Positions 27,801 to 40,600 of a stretch of 64,000 nucleotides of DNA are shown here, piece by piece. The stretch is from Anaeramoeba ignava BMAN (Eukaryota; Protista; Anaeramoebae): NCBI GenBank assembly GCA_028826165.1, contig JAPDFW010000044.1:656618-720617 (forward strand). Direction: 5' to 3'. The notes below the pieces were generated by a model, which worked only from the letters and a program-made list of their open reading frames with translations, was not told where the DNA came from and searched no databases. The translations under genes were made by a program, and so were the position numbers. Numbering within the stretch: the first letter of the stretch is position 1; each line of letters begins with the position of its first letter.

Positions 27801-30800
27801 CAAAATATCAAATAAGAACCGATCTTTTCAAAAATCACCAATTGAAAAAGCATCGGGAATTTCTTGAATTGACAATTAAAATTTGCTACAAATCAGGCGA
27901 ATTTGCAGACGCATTATTTTGGATCGAAGTTGCGTTGGAGATTTTCCCAGAACATAAATTGGGAATTTTAGGCAATTTGTATGATCTTCGAGGAAAAGTC
28001 TTCCAGAAATTATCTCTTTGCAAATTTCATGAGGAATTTCCTGTCACAATAAGAATCAGTTTTGATCAAAAACAAACAAAAAAATTCACAGAATTCTTAC
28101 CCAAAGGAATGAAGGAAATGTGGAAATTTTACTCAGCAGGAGAAATTACAAACGAAGCATTAATCTCCTTTGAAAAGGCTTATTCATATTTCCAAAGAAT
28201 CGGAAACAACTTTCTTCTTGCCAAAATCAGCAACAGGATTTCTCGCACTTTATTGGAATATATTTTCCCAAATGTTGCATTTTTTGAGATGGAATTAAGT
28301 GAAGCAATTAAGCTTACAAATAGTTATGGAGATGATGAAGTTGAGCCAAGAACAAATTCCAAATTGCGAGATTTTCTGAATTTAAATGAAAATGAAAATG
28401 AAAATGAAAACAACAATGATAATAATAATAATAATAATGATTCAAAAGTGAATTTTAAATTTAATACAATGAAAGCTCCAAAAAATTATTCAAATTTTGT
28501 GATGAAAAAAAATCGCTCGGAATCAGAGAAAAAAACATTCCGACTTTCCTTGATCAGCCAAATTCCCTCTGAAACTCGCATTTCACTTGATCTCATTGAG
28601 AAGTATTGTGTGTATGCGATCGAAATGGGATCAGAATTTTTTCTTCCGTTTATTACACTTGAATCATATCTCAATTTCGCGGAACTGCGATATTTGCAGA
28701 ACAATATCAAACAAGCATATGAATTTTGGTTGGAATGCAGGAACTTATTTTTCCATTTGTTTATGAATGGAAACGAATGCTTAGTTGCCTCAAATTCGCC
28801 ATATGAATTGATTGAGAAATTTTATTGCATCTTGAAGAGAATGGCAAGATTTTTATTTTGTTTGGATAATAAAACAATCAACGATAATCTGATTGTGCTT
28901 GATTCGTTTCTTGTTTTGGAAACACAGCTTTTCATTTCCCGCAATCAAGCCATGGCAGAAGATCTGGATCTAAATGAAGAAATATTCCAATTAGATCAGC
29001 ACATCAATTCATTTGCGAGTCCGAATGCAAAAAAAGAAACCCTTTCAAACACAAAAATAAGGAAATTGAAGAAGAGATTGATGAAATATAATCGCGAAAG
29101 AAGACAATCCAATGAGTTTTCAAGTTTTTCCGACTCCTCAAATCGCACAGATACACTTGGCTTTGGAGGAATGTTTCCAAACACAGGAGGGACAGGTGTT
29201 CATGGATTCGAATTGAAGGATGTTTCGGAGGTTATTTGGAGCTTGCTATATGGAATCAAATTGAACCAACAGAAAAAAGTCATGCGAGAATTATCCAATG
29301 AGGATTTAATCACGAAAAACAGATCTCTTTTAAATCAAATTGTGAAAATATCTCAGCTTGCAAGAGCAACAAATGAAAATTTGAGAATGTTTCTATCTGA
29401 ATACAACCAAAAAACCAAAAAAACGCTTTATCAATCACAACAACTTTTGGAGCAAGAATCCAACCCATTATTTAGTTATGAAAGTCTCCGTTCAATTCAT
29501 CCAAAAATGGGGAAAATATTATTTGTCGTGATTTTTGACGATTTAATAATTGGATATATCCCGAAATTGGGGAAGAAAATCATATCATGTTTTGGAGGAA
29601 GAAGATTTCCTCGATCAACAGGATTCCAAAGTTTTTCAGGTTTGCAGAGTTTCTCAACAGAAAACACTCTAAAAACACCCAAAACACCCAAAACACCCAA
29701 AACACCGAGTGAGAATTTCTCGCCAAATGAATTATCATCCAATTCCGAAAAGAGAAATTCCAAGAATCATTTCTCATTGATTTCAAGTACTCTTCTTGAA
29801 GACTTCTTGCTTTTCGATGATGACGACGATGATTTTCTTTATTCCCCAAGATTTTCAACACCAACAAATCACTCATTCAACATCAAAATAACTCAGCAAC
29901 TCAAAGTATCCAGTCATCTTTCTCAATCACAAATTGCATTTTTATCAGGATTAATATTTGGCGAAAAAGAACCTGAAAATCAGGAATTTTTTTATGAATC
30001 GAATTTCTCAGGTTTTATTCACACTTTTTTGGGAATCAGCGAAATTATGAACCAACTAGCCTTGCATAAAGAACCGGAAGATTTCTGTCCCAATTTTCTC
30101 ATTTGCAGCAAATGGCTCCAGATTATTCCTTGGGAAAATATTTACAATGCTCCTTTAGTTCGTGTTTTTTCTTTTTGGAATCACTTGATTCTGAACTTGA
30201 AAAAATCGATCGAAAAAATGAACTATCAAAAGTTCTTCGCAATTCAACAAGAATCAATCACAAAGCAGAATGTTCCTTTCCCGCGTTATTTTATTTTTAA
30301 ATCCTCGAAAAAATCAAAGGAAATTGTTGCTGATGAAAGAAAGCAAATTGAATCAAGTGTTTCAGAGTTTCTTTTCCAAACAAACCACACAAAACAACCA
30401 AATATTGAAGGGAAAAACCAACAGAAAGAAGGAATTTATTCTTTTGAACAATTTCCGAAATCAAAATACATCACAAATTTGGATTCAAGTGATTTTATTT
30501 CCAATAATTCTTCTTTATCAGATTCAATTTCCAAAAATTTGAAATCTTTGGAATTCCCTGTCATTGTAATTCCTTTTTCAGAAATACTTTCCTTATCAAA
30601 AGTTTTATTTTCTCTTGTTAATTCTGATTATCAATTCCAACTTATGATTCTTTCTCAATATCATTTACCTCTTACTATTAAATTGATTACTAAAAATTAT
30701 GAACATATTTTGAAAAAAAGTTTTACTTCTAATCAAAACAAGAATTTGGATTTTATTGATTTTTTTATGAATTCTATAATTTTGTTGAGAAAGAAATTAA

Positions 30801-30829
30801 AATTTCCTTTATTATTTTTTTCTTGGTAA
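21823..30829 (+). CDS. Giant multi-exon TPR-like helical-repeat protein of unknown function (>2000 aa)
   Basis: Exon 21823-22195 splices over a 1.86-kb intron to 24060, then through GT-AG introns into the ORFs at 24704, 25597, 25806 and 26207; TPR-like helices (ELGIILKKLGKHEPALEKLE; GEFADALFWIEVAL). Confidence 0.6.
22196..24059. repeat. 1.86-kb A-rich intron of degenerate 12-bp repeat AAATTATAAATA
   Basis: Visible repeat bounded by GT (22196) and TAG (24059); reading frame is kept across it. Confidence 0.85.
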
Positions 30830-30939
30830 AAATTAAAAAGAAAAAGAAAAAGAAAAAGAAAAAAAATAAGAAAAAAATAAGAAAAAAATAAAAAAAATTT
30901 TGTATTCTTTTTTTTGAAAAATTTTCGATTTTATCCGAT

Positions 30940-31510
30940 TTTCATTTTAATTTTAATTTTATAAATGAATTTTAATTTTAATTTTAATTTTAATTTTAAT
31001 TTTAATTATCATTTTAATTTTCATTTTAATTTTAATTTTAATTTTAATTATAATTTTAATTATAATTTTAATTTTCATTTTCATTTTCATTTTCATTTTA
31101 ATTTTGATTTTAATTTTAATTTTAATTTTAATTTTAATTTTAATTTTAATTTTAATTTTAATTTTAATTTTAATTTTAATTTTAATTTTAATTTTTATCA
31201 TTATCATTATCATTATCATTTTCATTTTCATTTTCATTTTCATTTTCATTTTCATTATCATTATCATTATCATTATCATTTTCATTTTCATTATCATTAT
31301 CATTTTCATTTTCATTTTCATTTTCATTTTCATTTTCATTTTCATTTTCATTTTCATTTTCATTTTCATTTTCATTTTCATTTTCATTTTCATTATCATT
31401 TTCATTTTCATTATCATTTTCATTTTCAGAATTGGAATCAGAATTTGAATCAGAATTTGAATCAGAATTTGAATCAGAATTTGAATTTGAATTAGAATTT
31501 GAATCAGATT
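30940..31510. repeat. AAAATN hexamer microsatellite spanning the maspardin C-terminus (EN/DN/SN) and 3' flank
   Basis: Directly visible. Confidence 0.9.
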
Positions 31511-34412
31511 CATTTTCTTTTTCTTGAATAATTTGGTTTTGATTTTCATTATTTTTATTATTTTGATTTTCATTATTTTCATTGTTTTGGTTTTCATTAT
31601 TTTCATTATTTTGGTTTTCATTATTTTGATTTTCATTATTTTCATTGTTTTGATTATTTTCATTATTTTCATTGTTTTCATTATTCTGATTTAAATCATT
31701 CTCATCAATTATTTTAATATGATTCTTTTCTTCAATAATTTGAATATCTTCTTTTTTTTCTTCCTTATTTTCTGGTAAATTACTCAAACGATCACCAAAA
31801 TGATTTTTTTCATTTGTTTTATAAATTATAATATGTTTTTTTTTCCTAATTTTTGGAAATCTTCTTAAATGAACAGTTATATGTAAATTAACTTCATCAG
31901 GATTTGATAAATAAGGAAAATCTCCTCCAATTCTTAATTCTGCAATTTTTGAGCGTGGAAATGTTTTCTTTAATTTCTCAATTAACATTAAAGGTGTTGC
32001 AATTTTATCTAAAGACTATAAATAAATTAACAATAAATTTTAATTTTAATTTTAATTTTAATTTTAATTTTTTTATAAACATTTAAAAGAGTTATATTTT
32101 CATCATTTAATTCTAAACGAGTAACAGAATCTAAACCACAATTTAATTTTATTCTTGAAACTAAATCACTTTTTGTTTGTTTTTGAACTTGATCAACAAC
32201 AAAATCAATTGCAGAAGCAACTTCTTTACGAAGAGTTTCTGTAGGAAAATTTGCAAGAACAATTTTACGAACATAAGAAGTAGTCCCAAGTTTCATACTT
32301 AATTTTAATAAATATAAATATAAATATAAATATAAATATAAATATAAATATAAATATAAATATAAATATAAATATAAATATAAATATAAATATAAATATA
32401 AATATAAATATAAATATAAATATAAATATAAATATAAATATAAATATAAATATAAATATAAATATAAATATATAAAATATAAATATAAAATATAAATATA
32501 AATATAAATATAAATATAAATATAAATATAAATATAAATATAAATATAAATATAAATATAAATATAAATATAAATATAAATATAAATATAAATATAAATA
32601 TAAATATAAATATAAATATAAATATAAATATAAATATAAATATAAATATAAATATTTTTTAAAATATAAATTCAAACGCTGTTTTTGATGGTGAATTTTT
32701 GTTAAAATATTTCGTTTTAGAAAAGGAATTGCATAATATTAAAGATTGAACATTTCGGGGATAAAATTGCGCAAATTTAAGAGCTAAAAATCCACCTAAA
32801 GAATGACCAAACAAATGAACCTATATTTTCAAAGTTTAATTTGTAATTTAATTTAATTTATTATTTAATTTAATTTGTTATTTAATTTAAATTATTATTT
32901 AGTTTAATTTGTTATTTAATTTAATTTGTTTTTTAATTTAATTTATTATTTAATTTAAATTTGTTATTTAATTTAATTTATTATTTAATTTAATTTGTTT
33001 TTTAGTTTAATTTGTTATTTAGTTAAATTTGTTATTTAATTTAATTTATTATTTAATTTAATTTGTTATTTAATTTAAATTATTATTTAATTTAATTTAT
33101 TATTTAATTTAAATTGTTATTTAATTTAATTTGTTTTTTAATTTAATTTGTTATTTAATTTAATTTATTATTTAATTTAATTTGTTATTTAATTTAATTT
33201 GTTATTTAATTTAATTTGTTATTTAATTTAATTTGTTATTTAATTTAATTTATTATTTAATTTAATTTGTTATTTAATTTAATTTGTTTTTGGTTTAATT
33301 TAATTTGTTATTTTATTTAATTTAATTTGTTATTTAATTTAATTTATTTTTTAATTTAATTTGTTATTAATTTAATTTAATTTATTTATTTAATTTAATT
33401 TTTATTATTTAATTTAAATTGTTAATATTTAATTTAATTTATTATTTAATTTAAAATTTAATTTTATTTAATTTAATTTTTATTTATTTAATTTAATTTA
33501 ATTTAATTTAATTTAATTTATTATTTAATTTAATTTATTATTTAATTTAATTTGTTTTTAATTTAATTTGTTATTTAATTTAATTTAATTTAATTTAATT
33601 TATTTAATTTTTGTTTTTTAATTTAATTTTGTAATTTAATTTAATTTAATTTATTTAATTTAATTTATTATTTATTTAATTTAATTTGTTATTTAATTTA
33701 AATTGTTATTTAGTTTAATTTGTTATTTAATTTAATTTGTAATTTAATTTAAATTGTTATTTAATTTAATTTAATTTAATTTAATTTATTATTTAATTTA
33801 ATTTGTTATTTAATTTAATTTATTTTTTAATTTAATTTATTATTTAATTTAAATTATTATTTAGTTTAATTTGTTTTTTGGTTTAATTTGTAGTTTAATT
33901 TGTAATTTAATTTAAATTGTTTTTTAATTTAAATTGTTTTTTGGTTTTTTTAAGTCAAAATTAATTTAAATTTGTTCCTAAATTTCCATTTCAATTTTTG
34001 GATTTTTCAATTTTTTTTAAAACTTACTTTTGAAATTTTTAATTCTTTTAAAAACTTCTTAAAAGCTCTAATCCAATGTTCAATTCCTCTAACTGGAGGC
34101 GGTTGAACCTTTTTTAAAAAAAGCAAAAAAAATAAAAAATAAATTTAATAAAAAAAATAAAAATAATAAAAATAAATTTAATAAAAATAAATTTAATACA
34201 GAAATAACACGAAAACCTTTAGCAGCAATTCCCATGACTTGCTGAAAGAATATTTCACAAGTTCCAGCTACTGTTGGTATGCAAACAAGTGGATAGCATT
34301 GATCCGACTTCCCTAAATCAAAATATTCCCAAACAAATTCTTTATGTGAAAATGTCACAACAAGTTTCTCTCTTGGAACTGTTGCTAGAAATTTTTTTAA
34401 TGATTCTTCCAT
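31188..34412 (-). CDS. SPG21: Maspardin-like alpha/beta hydrolase-fold protein with N/E/D-rich low-complexity tail, 5 exons
   Basis: Exons 34412-34200, 34108-34028, 32820-32678 ([28 protein letters not shown]), 32297-32081 (LVSRIKLNC), 32015-31188 ([21 protein letters not shown]). Confidence 0.85.
32308..32656. repeat. (AAATAT)n microsatellite in maspardin intron 3
   Basis: Directly visible, near perfect. Confidence 0.92.
32836..33945. repeat. Degenerate ~14-15-bp repeat (TTTAATTTAATTTGTTA-like) in maspardin intron 2
   Basis: Directly visible. Confidence 0.85.
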
Positions 34413-34496
34413 TAAAAAAAAATATATTAAATAAGAAAAAAAATGAAAAATGAAAAATTAAATTTTATTTTTTTTTCATTTTTTTTCTTTTTAAAA

Positions 34497-36431
34497 ATGA
34501 ATGAAATTTTATTTTTTGGTTTAAATAAAAATCCAAAAATTATCAAAAATGAACCAGATACAATAACAAAAATATCAATTCAATTTAAATTTGAAAATGA
34601 AAATGAAAATGAAAATGAAAAACAAATTAAACAAATTTCATCAAGTTATTTTGGAACAATTTTCCTTTTTAAAAATGGAAAAGCAATAGAATATTTAAAT
34701 GAAAATGATTCAAATCAAAATCCTCATAAAATCCAAATTGAAAATATCCAAAAAGTAACTGTTGGTTATCGAAATGAAGCTATTTTAACTCCAGAAAGAA
34801 ATGTATTTGTAAAAGGAGAAGATATAAATCCAAATAATCCAAATAAATTTATCAATATTTCAAGATTAATTCGAGATACAAATGATAGAATAATTCAAGA
34901 TATTGTTTCTGGAAGAGATTCAATTTACTTATTAACTTCAAATCAAAATGTTTACGGAATTGGTTCAAATCAATATAGCCAACTTGGTTTTGATTCTGAA
35001 ATACTTAAAAAAACAGAAAATCCAATTTTAATGATGAAAAATGTTTCTAAAATATTTTCAGGAAATACTTCAGCTCATGTTTTTCTTTTAAATCCAAATC
35101 AAGAATTATTTGGATCTGGATATAACGATTCTCGTCAACTTGGATTAGGAGAATCAATAAAAGAAATAAGCATCAAAAAATTAACCCAAATCCAAAATAT
35201 TCCAAAAGGTAAAATAATTGATATTCAATGTGGTTATTCTCATTCAATAATGTTGATTGAAAATGAAAATTCAAAAAGAAAACTTTATTCATGTGGTTAT
35301 TATGAATATAATGGACTTGGCAAAAATGAAGATACTTATGAATTTACTGAAATCAAATCATATTTATTTGAAAATGATGAAATTCTTGACTATTCTGTTG
35401 GAAGTTTTCATACTTTGATTTTAACAGAAAATGGGAAAATAATAGTATTTGGAAATAATGGTTATTGTCAATTAGGAACTGGAGATATAAAAGATCAATT
35501 AATTCCAATTCAAACCGAACTTCCTAAATTAAGATTTAATGAAAATATTTATAGTTATCATGTTTCTTGTGGATTTCAAAAATCATTTCTTTATTATTCT
35601 CCTCCTTCTTTTTCCAATCTTGAAGAAGATTTGATAAAATTATTTAGAAGAAAAGAATTTTGTGATATTTCATTTAAAACCGAAAATGGAGAAATAATTG
35701 AAGCTCATAAATTAATATTGAAATATAGATTAAATCAAAATCAAAATCAAATTGAAAAACTTCAAGAAATTATTTCAAAAAAATCAATCAAAGAATCAAA
35801 TCAAATATTTGAAATGATTTATTCAAACAATTCTAAAATAAATCCAATATTATATTCAGAAATTAAAGAAATTATAAATTCCAATGAAAAAATTGAAGAA
35901 ACAATAAAAAGAATTTATTTAAATGAAAATGAAAATGAAAATGAAAAAGATTTTATAATTGAAAGAAAAGAAAAACAATATAAATTTCCTAAATTAATAT
36001 TAATAATGAGAAGTGAATTATATCGAGGAATGTTTTTATCTGTTACAAATGATACTTCTAATAAAGTTACAGATTATAGTGAATTAAGTAATAAATCATT
36101 TCAAATATTTGAATATTGGATTTATTCAAATCAAATTAAAAACGGAATTCAAATTACACAAGAAATAATTGATGAATTGGAAATTGGAATTGATTATTTT
36201 CAATTAAATCAAACAAATCCAAATTTATTTGATTTATTAATTAAAAAATCTAATATTCAAAATTTAAATCAAAATCTAAATCAAAATCAAAATCAAAATC
36301 AAAATCAAAATCAAAATCAAAATCAAAAAGAAAAAGAAAAAGAAATTGAAAAAGAAATTGAAAAGAAACTTATTTTACAAATTGAAAAACAAATTGAAAA
36401 GAAAAAGACAGATAAATGTGGATTTTGTTAA
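34497..36431 (+). CDS. RCC1/BLIP-II beta-propeller + tandem BTB protein (copy 1)
   Basis: RCC1 motifs GSNQYSQLG, IQCGYSHS, SVGSFHTLIL, FGNNGYCQLG; BTB FCDISF..HKLIL and RSELYRGMF..VTDYS; probable start MNEILFFG. Confidence 0.88.
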   Translation: MNEILFFGLNKNPKIIKNEPDTITKISIQFKFENENENENEKQIKQISSSYFGTIFLFKNGKAIEYLNENDSNQNPHKIQIENIQKVTVGYRNEAILTPERNVFVKGEDINPNNPNKFINISRLIRDTNDRIIQDIVSGRDSIYLLTSNQNVYGIGSNQYSQLGFDSEILKKTENPILMMKNVSKIFSGNTSAHVFLLNPNQELFGSGYNDSRQLGLGESIKEISIKKLTQIQNIPKGKIIDIQCGYSHSIMLIENENSKRKLYSCGYYEYNGLGKNEDTYEFTEIKSYLFENDEILDYSVGSFHTLILTENGKIIVFGNNGYCQLGTGDIKDQLIPIQTELPKLRFNENIYSYHVSCGFQKSFLYYSPPSFSNLEEDLIKLFRRKEFCDISFKTENGEIIEAHKLILKYRLNQNQNQIEKLQEIISKKSIKESNQIFEMIYSNNSKINPILYSEIKEIINSNEKIEETIKRIYLNENENENEKDFIIERKEKQYKFPKLILIMRSELYRGMFLSVTNDTSNKVTDYSELSNKSFQIFEYWIYSNQIKNGIQITQEIIDELEIGIDYFQLNQTNPNLFDLLIKKSNIQNLNQNLNQNQNQNQNQNQNQNQKEKEKEIEKEIEKKLILQIEKQIEKKKTDKCGFC

Positions 36432-36469
36432 TTAAGAAAAATGAAAAATGAAAAATGAAAAATGAAAAA

Positions 36470-36595
36470 TGAAATTCAAATTACACAAGAAATTATTGAT
36501 GAATTGGAAATTGGAATTGATTATTTTCAATTAAATCAAACAAATCCAAATTTATTGGATTTATTAATTAATAAATTTAATAATAAAAATCAATA
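36470..36595 (+). pseudogene. Short 3' relic of an RCC1-BTB gene (EIQITQEIIDELEIGIDYFQLNQTNPNLLDLLINKFNN)
   Basis: Near-identical to ~36146-36245 and ~44030-44140; no upstream coding part. Confidence 0.8.
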
Positions 36596-36596
36596 A

Positions 36597-37303
36597 AGAA
36601 AATGAGAATAGATTTAATTTAATATTTAATTTATAAATTAATTTAAAAATATAATTTAATATTTAATTTTATTATTAAAATAATAATTTAATGTTTTAAA
36701 TTTAAATATTTTATTATTTAAATATTTAACATATAAATATAAAAAATAAGAATAGATTTAATTTAATATTTAATTTAAAAATTAATTTAAAAATATAATT
36801 TAATATTTAATTTTATGTTTAAAATAATAATTTAATGTTTTAGATTTAAATATTTTATTATTTAAATATTTAACATATAAATATAAAAATGAGAATAGAT
36901 TTAATTTAATATTTAATTTAAAAATTAATCTAAAAATATAATTTAATATTTAATTTTATTATTAAAATAATAATTTAATGTTTTAGATTTAAATATTTTA
37001 TTATTTAAAATATTTTACATATAAATATAAAAATAAGAATAAGTTTAATTTAATATTTAATTTATAAATTAATTTAAAAATAATATTTGATGTTTAATTT
37101 TATTATTAAAATAATAATTTATTGTTTTAGATTTAAATATTTTATTATTTAAATATTTAACATATAAAAATAAAAATGAGAATAGATTTAATTTAATATT
37201 TAATTTAAAAATTAATTTTAAAATATAATTTAATATTTAATTTTATTATTAAAATAATAATTTAATGTTTTAGATTTAAATATTTTATTATTTAAAATAT
37301 TTT
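36597..37303. repeat. AT satellite A, ~143-144-bp unit, ~5 copies
   Basis: GAATA(G)ATTTAATTTAATATTTAA-type anchor recurs at 36606, 36750, 36893, 37037, 37180. Confidence 0.9.
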
Positions 37304-37678
37304 GAAAATTGATTTTTGAAATTAAAATTTTATCTTTTTGAATTAAATTGAATTAATATTAATTTAGAAATTTGTTTTTAAAATTTAAATTTATTAATAA
37401 TTTTTAAATTCCAAAAAAAAAATTAAATTAAAAATTAAATTAAAATAATTTTCCTTTTTTTTAATAAAAAAATTAATAAAAAATAATAATTTATTAATAA
37501 ATTAATTTAAAATAATAAATTAAAAAGAAAATTAAATTAATTATTAATTTAAATTTATTCTCATTTTTTATATTTTTATTTATTTTCAAAATCCACTTTT
37601 TTTATTCATTTTTTTTATTCATTTTTTTTTTGCTTTTTTTTTTTCATTTTTTTTTTTTCATTTCTTTTTGAAATAAGA

Positions 37679-40600
37679 ATGGCACTTGAAATTATTACTT
37701 CAATATTTGAAATTGGGGCATGGCTTAAGGGAAAGTTTGATGACTATAAAGATACAAAAGAAGAAGCAAAAAGATTAATTAAAAGAATAGAAGCTCTTGA
37801 AAATCCTTTAAAAAGTAAAAAAAAGCAAAAAATTTTGTTTTAATTTAATTCAAAATTATTGTTTTAATTTTCCTCTTTTTAAATATAAAAAAAAGAAATA
37901 AAAGAATTAAATTCCAAGAATACAAATGTTACAACATTACAAAATGTACTCGAAACTGTGCAAGGAATTAAAACACTTGTCGAGAATTATGAAAAATCAA
38001 GTAAATTAAAGAAATTTTTCAGTTCCAAAAAAAAAGAATTTGAAAAATATGATCAAAGATTAGACAGTTATATTGGGGATTTGAATATGGATTTAACTAT
38101 ATTAACTCATACTGATATTCAAGATCTTGCTAAACTTTTTAAGGAAATGAGGAATGATCAACAAAGCAATGATGCAAAAACTCAAAAATACCTTCAAAAT
38201 TTATCTCAAGAAATTCAACGAAATCAAATCCAAACAATTGATGAACCAAGAAATCAAATAATATTTGAATATGAAAAAACCAATTTGGGATTTATTGAAC
38301 AGAAATTTGGACTTGAAAAGAAAAGTGGAGAAATTATCTGTGGAATATTTCAACTGTAAGTATCTTCTTTTACAAATTGATAATTAGACTGATTCATTTT
38401 TGATTCATTTTTTATTGAAAATAGAAAAGCTGAAGATCCGATTAATTTTGAAAAAATTATGAAAGAAATTCTTGAATTTTCAATAAGTGATTGGAATTAC
38501 CAAATTAAAATTCTATTTACTTCTTGGGATTTGTAATTAAATATAAATTGGAAACAACAATTCAATTATAATAGAATAAATTTCTTTGAATTTATTTCTT
38601 CTTTTTGTTTGAAATAGAGATCACAACCAATTTTTAGATAAAGAAGAATTAACAAAAGCTATCCATGATTTCTATTTCCTGATAACCTGTTTACAATCCA
38701 AAAAAATTGTTGGATCTCTTCAAGAATATCTAATCAATTTAAATGAAGAAGAAAAAAAGAAGTTTTATAATGTAATTGAAGAATTAGTTGCCAAAAATGA
38801 AATTGATTTAAAAATTGAGCAAATATTTGATTCTTTAAATTCAGAAGCAAATGAAATTAATTTCTCACAATTTGAATCTTATTGCAATTATCCAGGAAAT
38901 TTTGTAATTCAGTTTTTAAATTTGATCAAAACTGTATTGAATGAGGCAGTTGGAACATTTCTGATAACAAATCAAATTGAAACAAAAAATGAGAGTTCCA
39001 TCAACATCAAAAAATTGGAGAAGTTCATGAAAATACCCACAAATTATGAAAACAAACTTGAATCAAATAAAATCCTTCAAGATCCAGTTTTGGTGAATGG
39101 AAGAATTTATGAAAGAAAATATATTGAGAAAATTATTCAAGAAAATCCAGAAAATCCAACTATTCCTGAAAAAAATGAAAGAATTGATCCTAAATTTGTT
39201 CTACCTATTTTGGATTTGAAATCTGAAATTGAAAAATGGAAAACAGAAAAAATCTCAAAATGCGTAACCAAATCTCAAAAAATTAAACAATCAAATTCCG
39301 ATATCGCTTATAAAATTCTTGAATTCGCAAGAAAATTAGAACCAGAAAATTTACAAATTATTAATTTACAAATTTCCCTTTTAGAAAAAGAGTTAAAAAT
39401 TCCAGAAGAACTTGCTAAACAACAATTTGCAAAAGGAGAAATTCTCTTTAAACAAAGAGAATACAGAGAAGCAGAACAATTATTAACAAAATCGTTTAAA
39501 CTGACAACAAATCCGAATTTAATTGAAAACGCTTTATTAATTTTAAAAGAAATTTATTCTGCTAACAAGTTAACTTCAAAAATTTTAGAAACAAATATTT
39601 CACTTTCCAGAATTTATCTTGAACAAAATCCTCAAAAAACGAAGGATATTTTAATCCAAATCGAAGAAGGGAATTCAGATCAAGATACAACAACAGCAAA
39701 TCTTTATTTAGAAGTTTATTCGCTTCTAATTTCAGCAGAAGAAGCACTTGGAAATCATAAAGAAACACCAAATTGGTATTTTAAAAAAGCAAATTGCTAT
39801 TTCATGAAAAAGAACTATTCAAAAGCTATTGAATATTTGAATAAAGTTTTAGAAATGAATCCAGATTATCTTGAAGCGCTTCAAAAACTTGCCTTTCTTT
39901 ATAATTTAAAAAAAGATAAATCGAATGAATGTTTAATTCACATCAAAATTGGGCAAATTTATTCTAAAAAAAAAGAAAACGATAAAGCTATTGAGGAATT
40001 TAAGAAGGCACTTTTATGTGATAAATCCAATTCTTTAGCTTTTAATTTATTATTTGAAATGATTTCCAAACAAAAATCAATTTTTGATTTAATCACATTA
40101 GTCAAGAATTATAAAATTCAAGATCAAGAAACAGAAACATTTCTTGATAAAATTTCACAAATTTCACAAATTTTCAAATCACAATTAGAAGAAGAAAGTA
40201 AAAAGAAAGATCAGAAAATAAACCAATTAGAAGAAGAAATGAAAGAATTGAAAAAAAGAATCAATGAAACTACTACTTCAATTCTTGAAGAATATGAAAA
40301 GTTCAAAAAAATGAAAATTCAATTTCGACCATTTTTGAATTCAGAAATTATTTCAGAAAAGGAATATGCTCAGAAATTACAAGAATGGATAAATGATAAT
40401 GATTTTTTTTCTAAAATGAAAAAAGGATTTTCAGCAAAAAGAGATGGATTCGATTGTAAAAAATGGCATTCAATTTGTGATAATAAAGGAAAAACATTAG
40501 TTATTATCAAAACAAAAGATAATTTTATTTTTGGAGGTTTTACTCAAGTTGGGTGGACAACTGATGAATCAAAATGGAGTGAAGAGTATGGAAGTTATGG

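Noticed and set aside
34443-34496. Upstream ORF-track extensions (also 4238-4318, 18974-19009, 49193-49315)
   Set aside because: F/K-rich translations of T-rich promoter tracts; the paralogue or homologue start matches the downstream ATG where one is available
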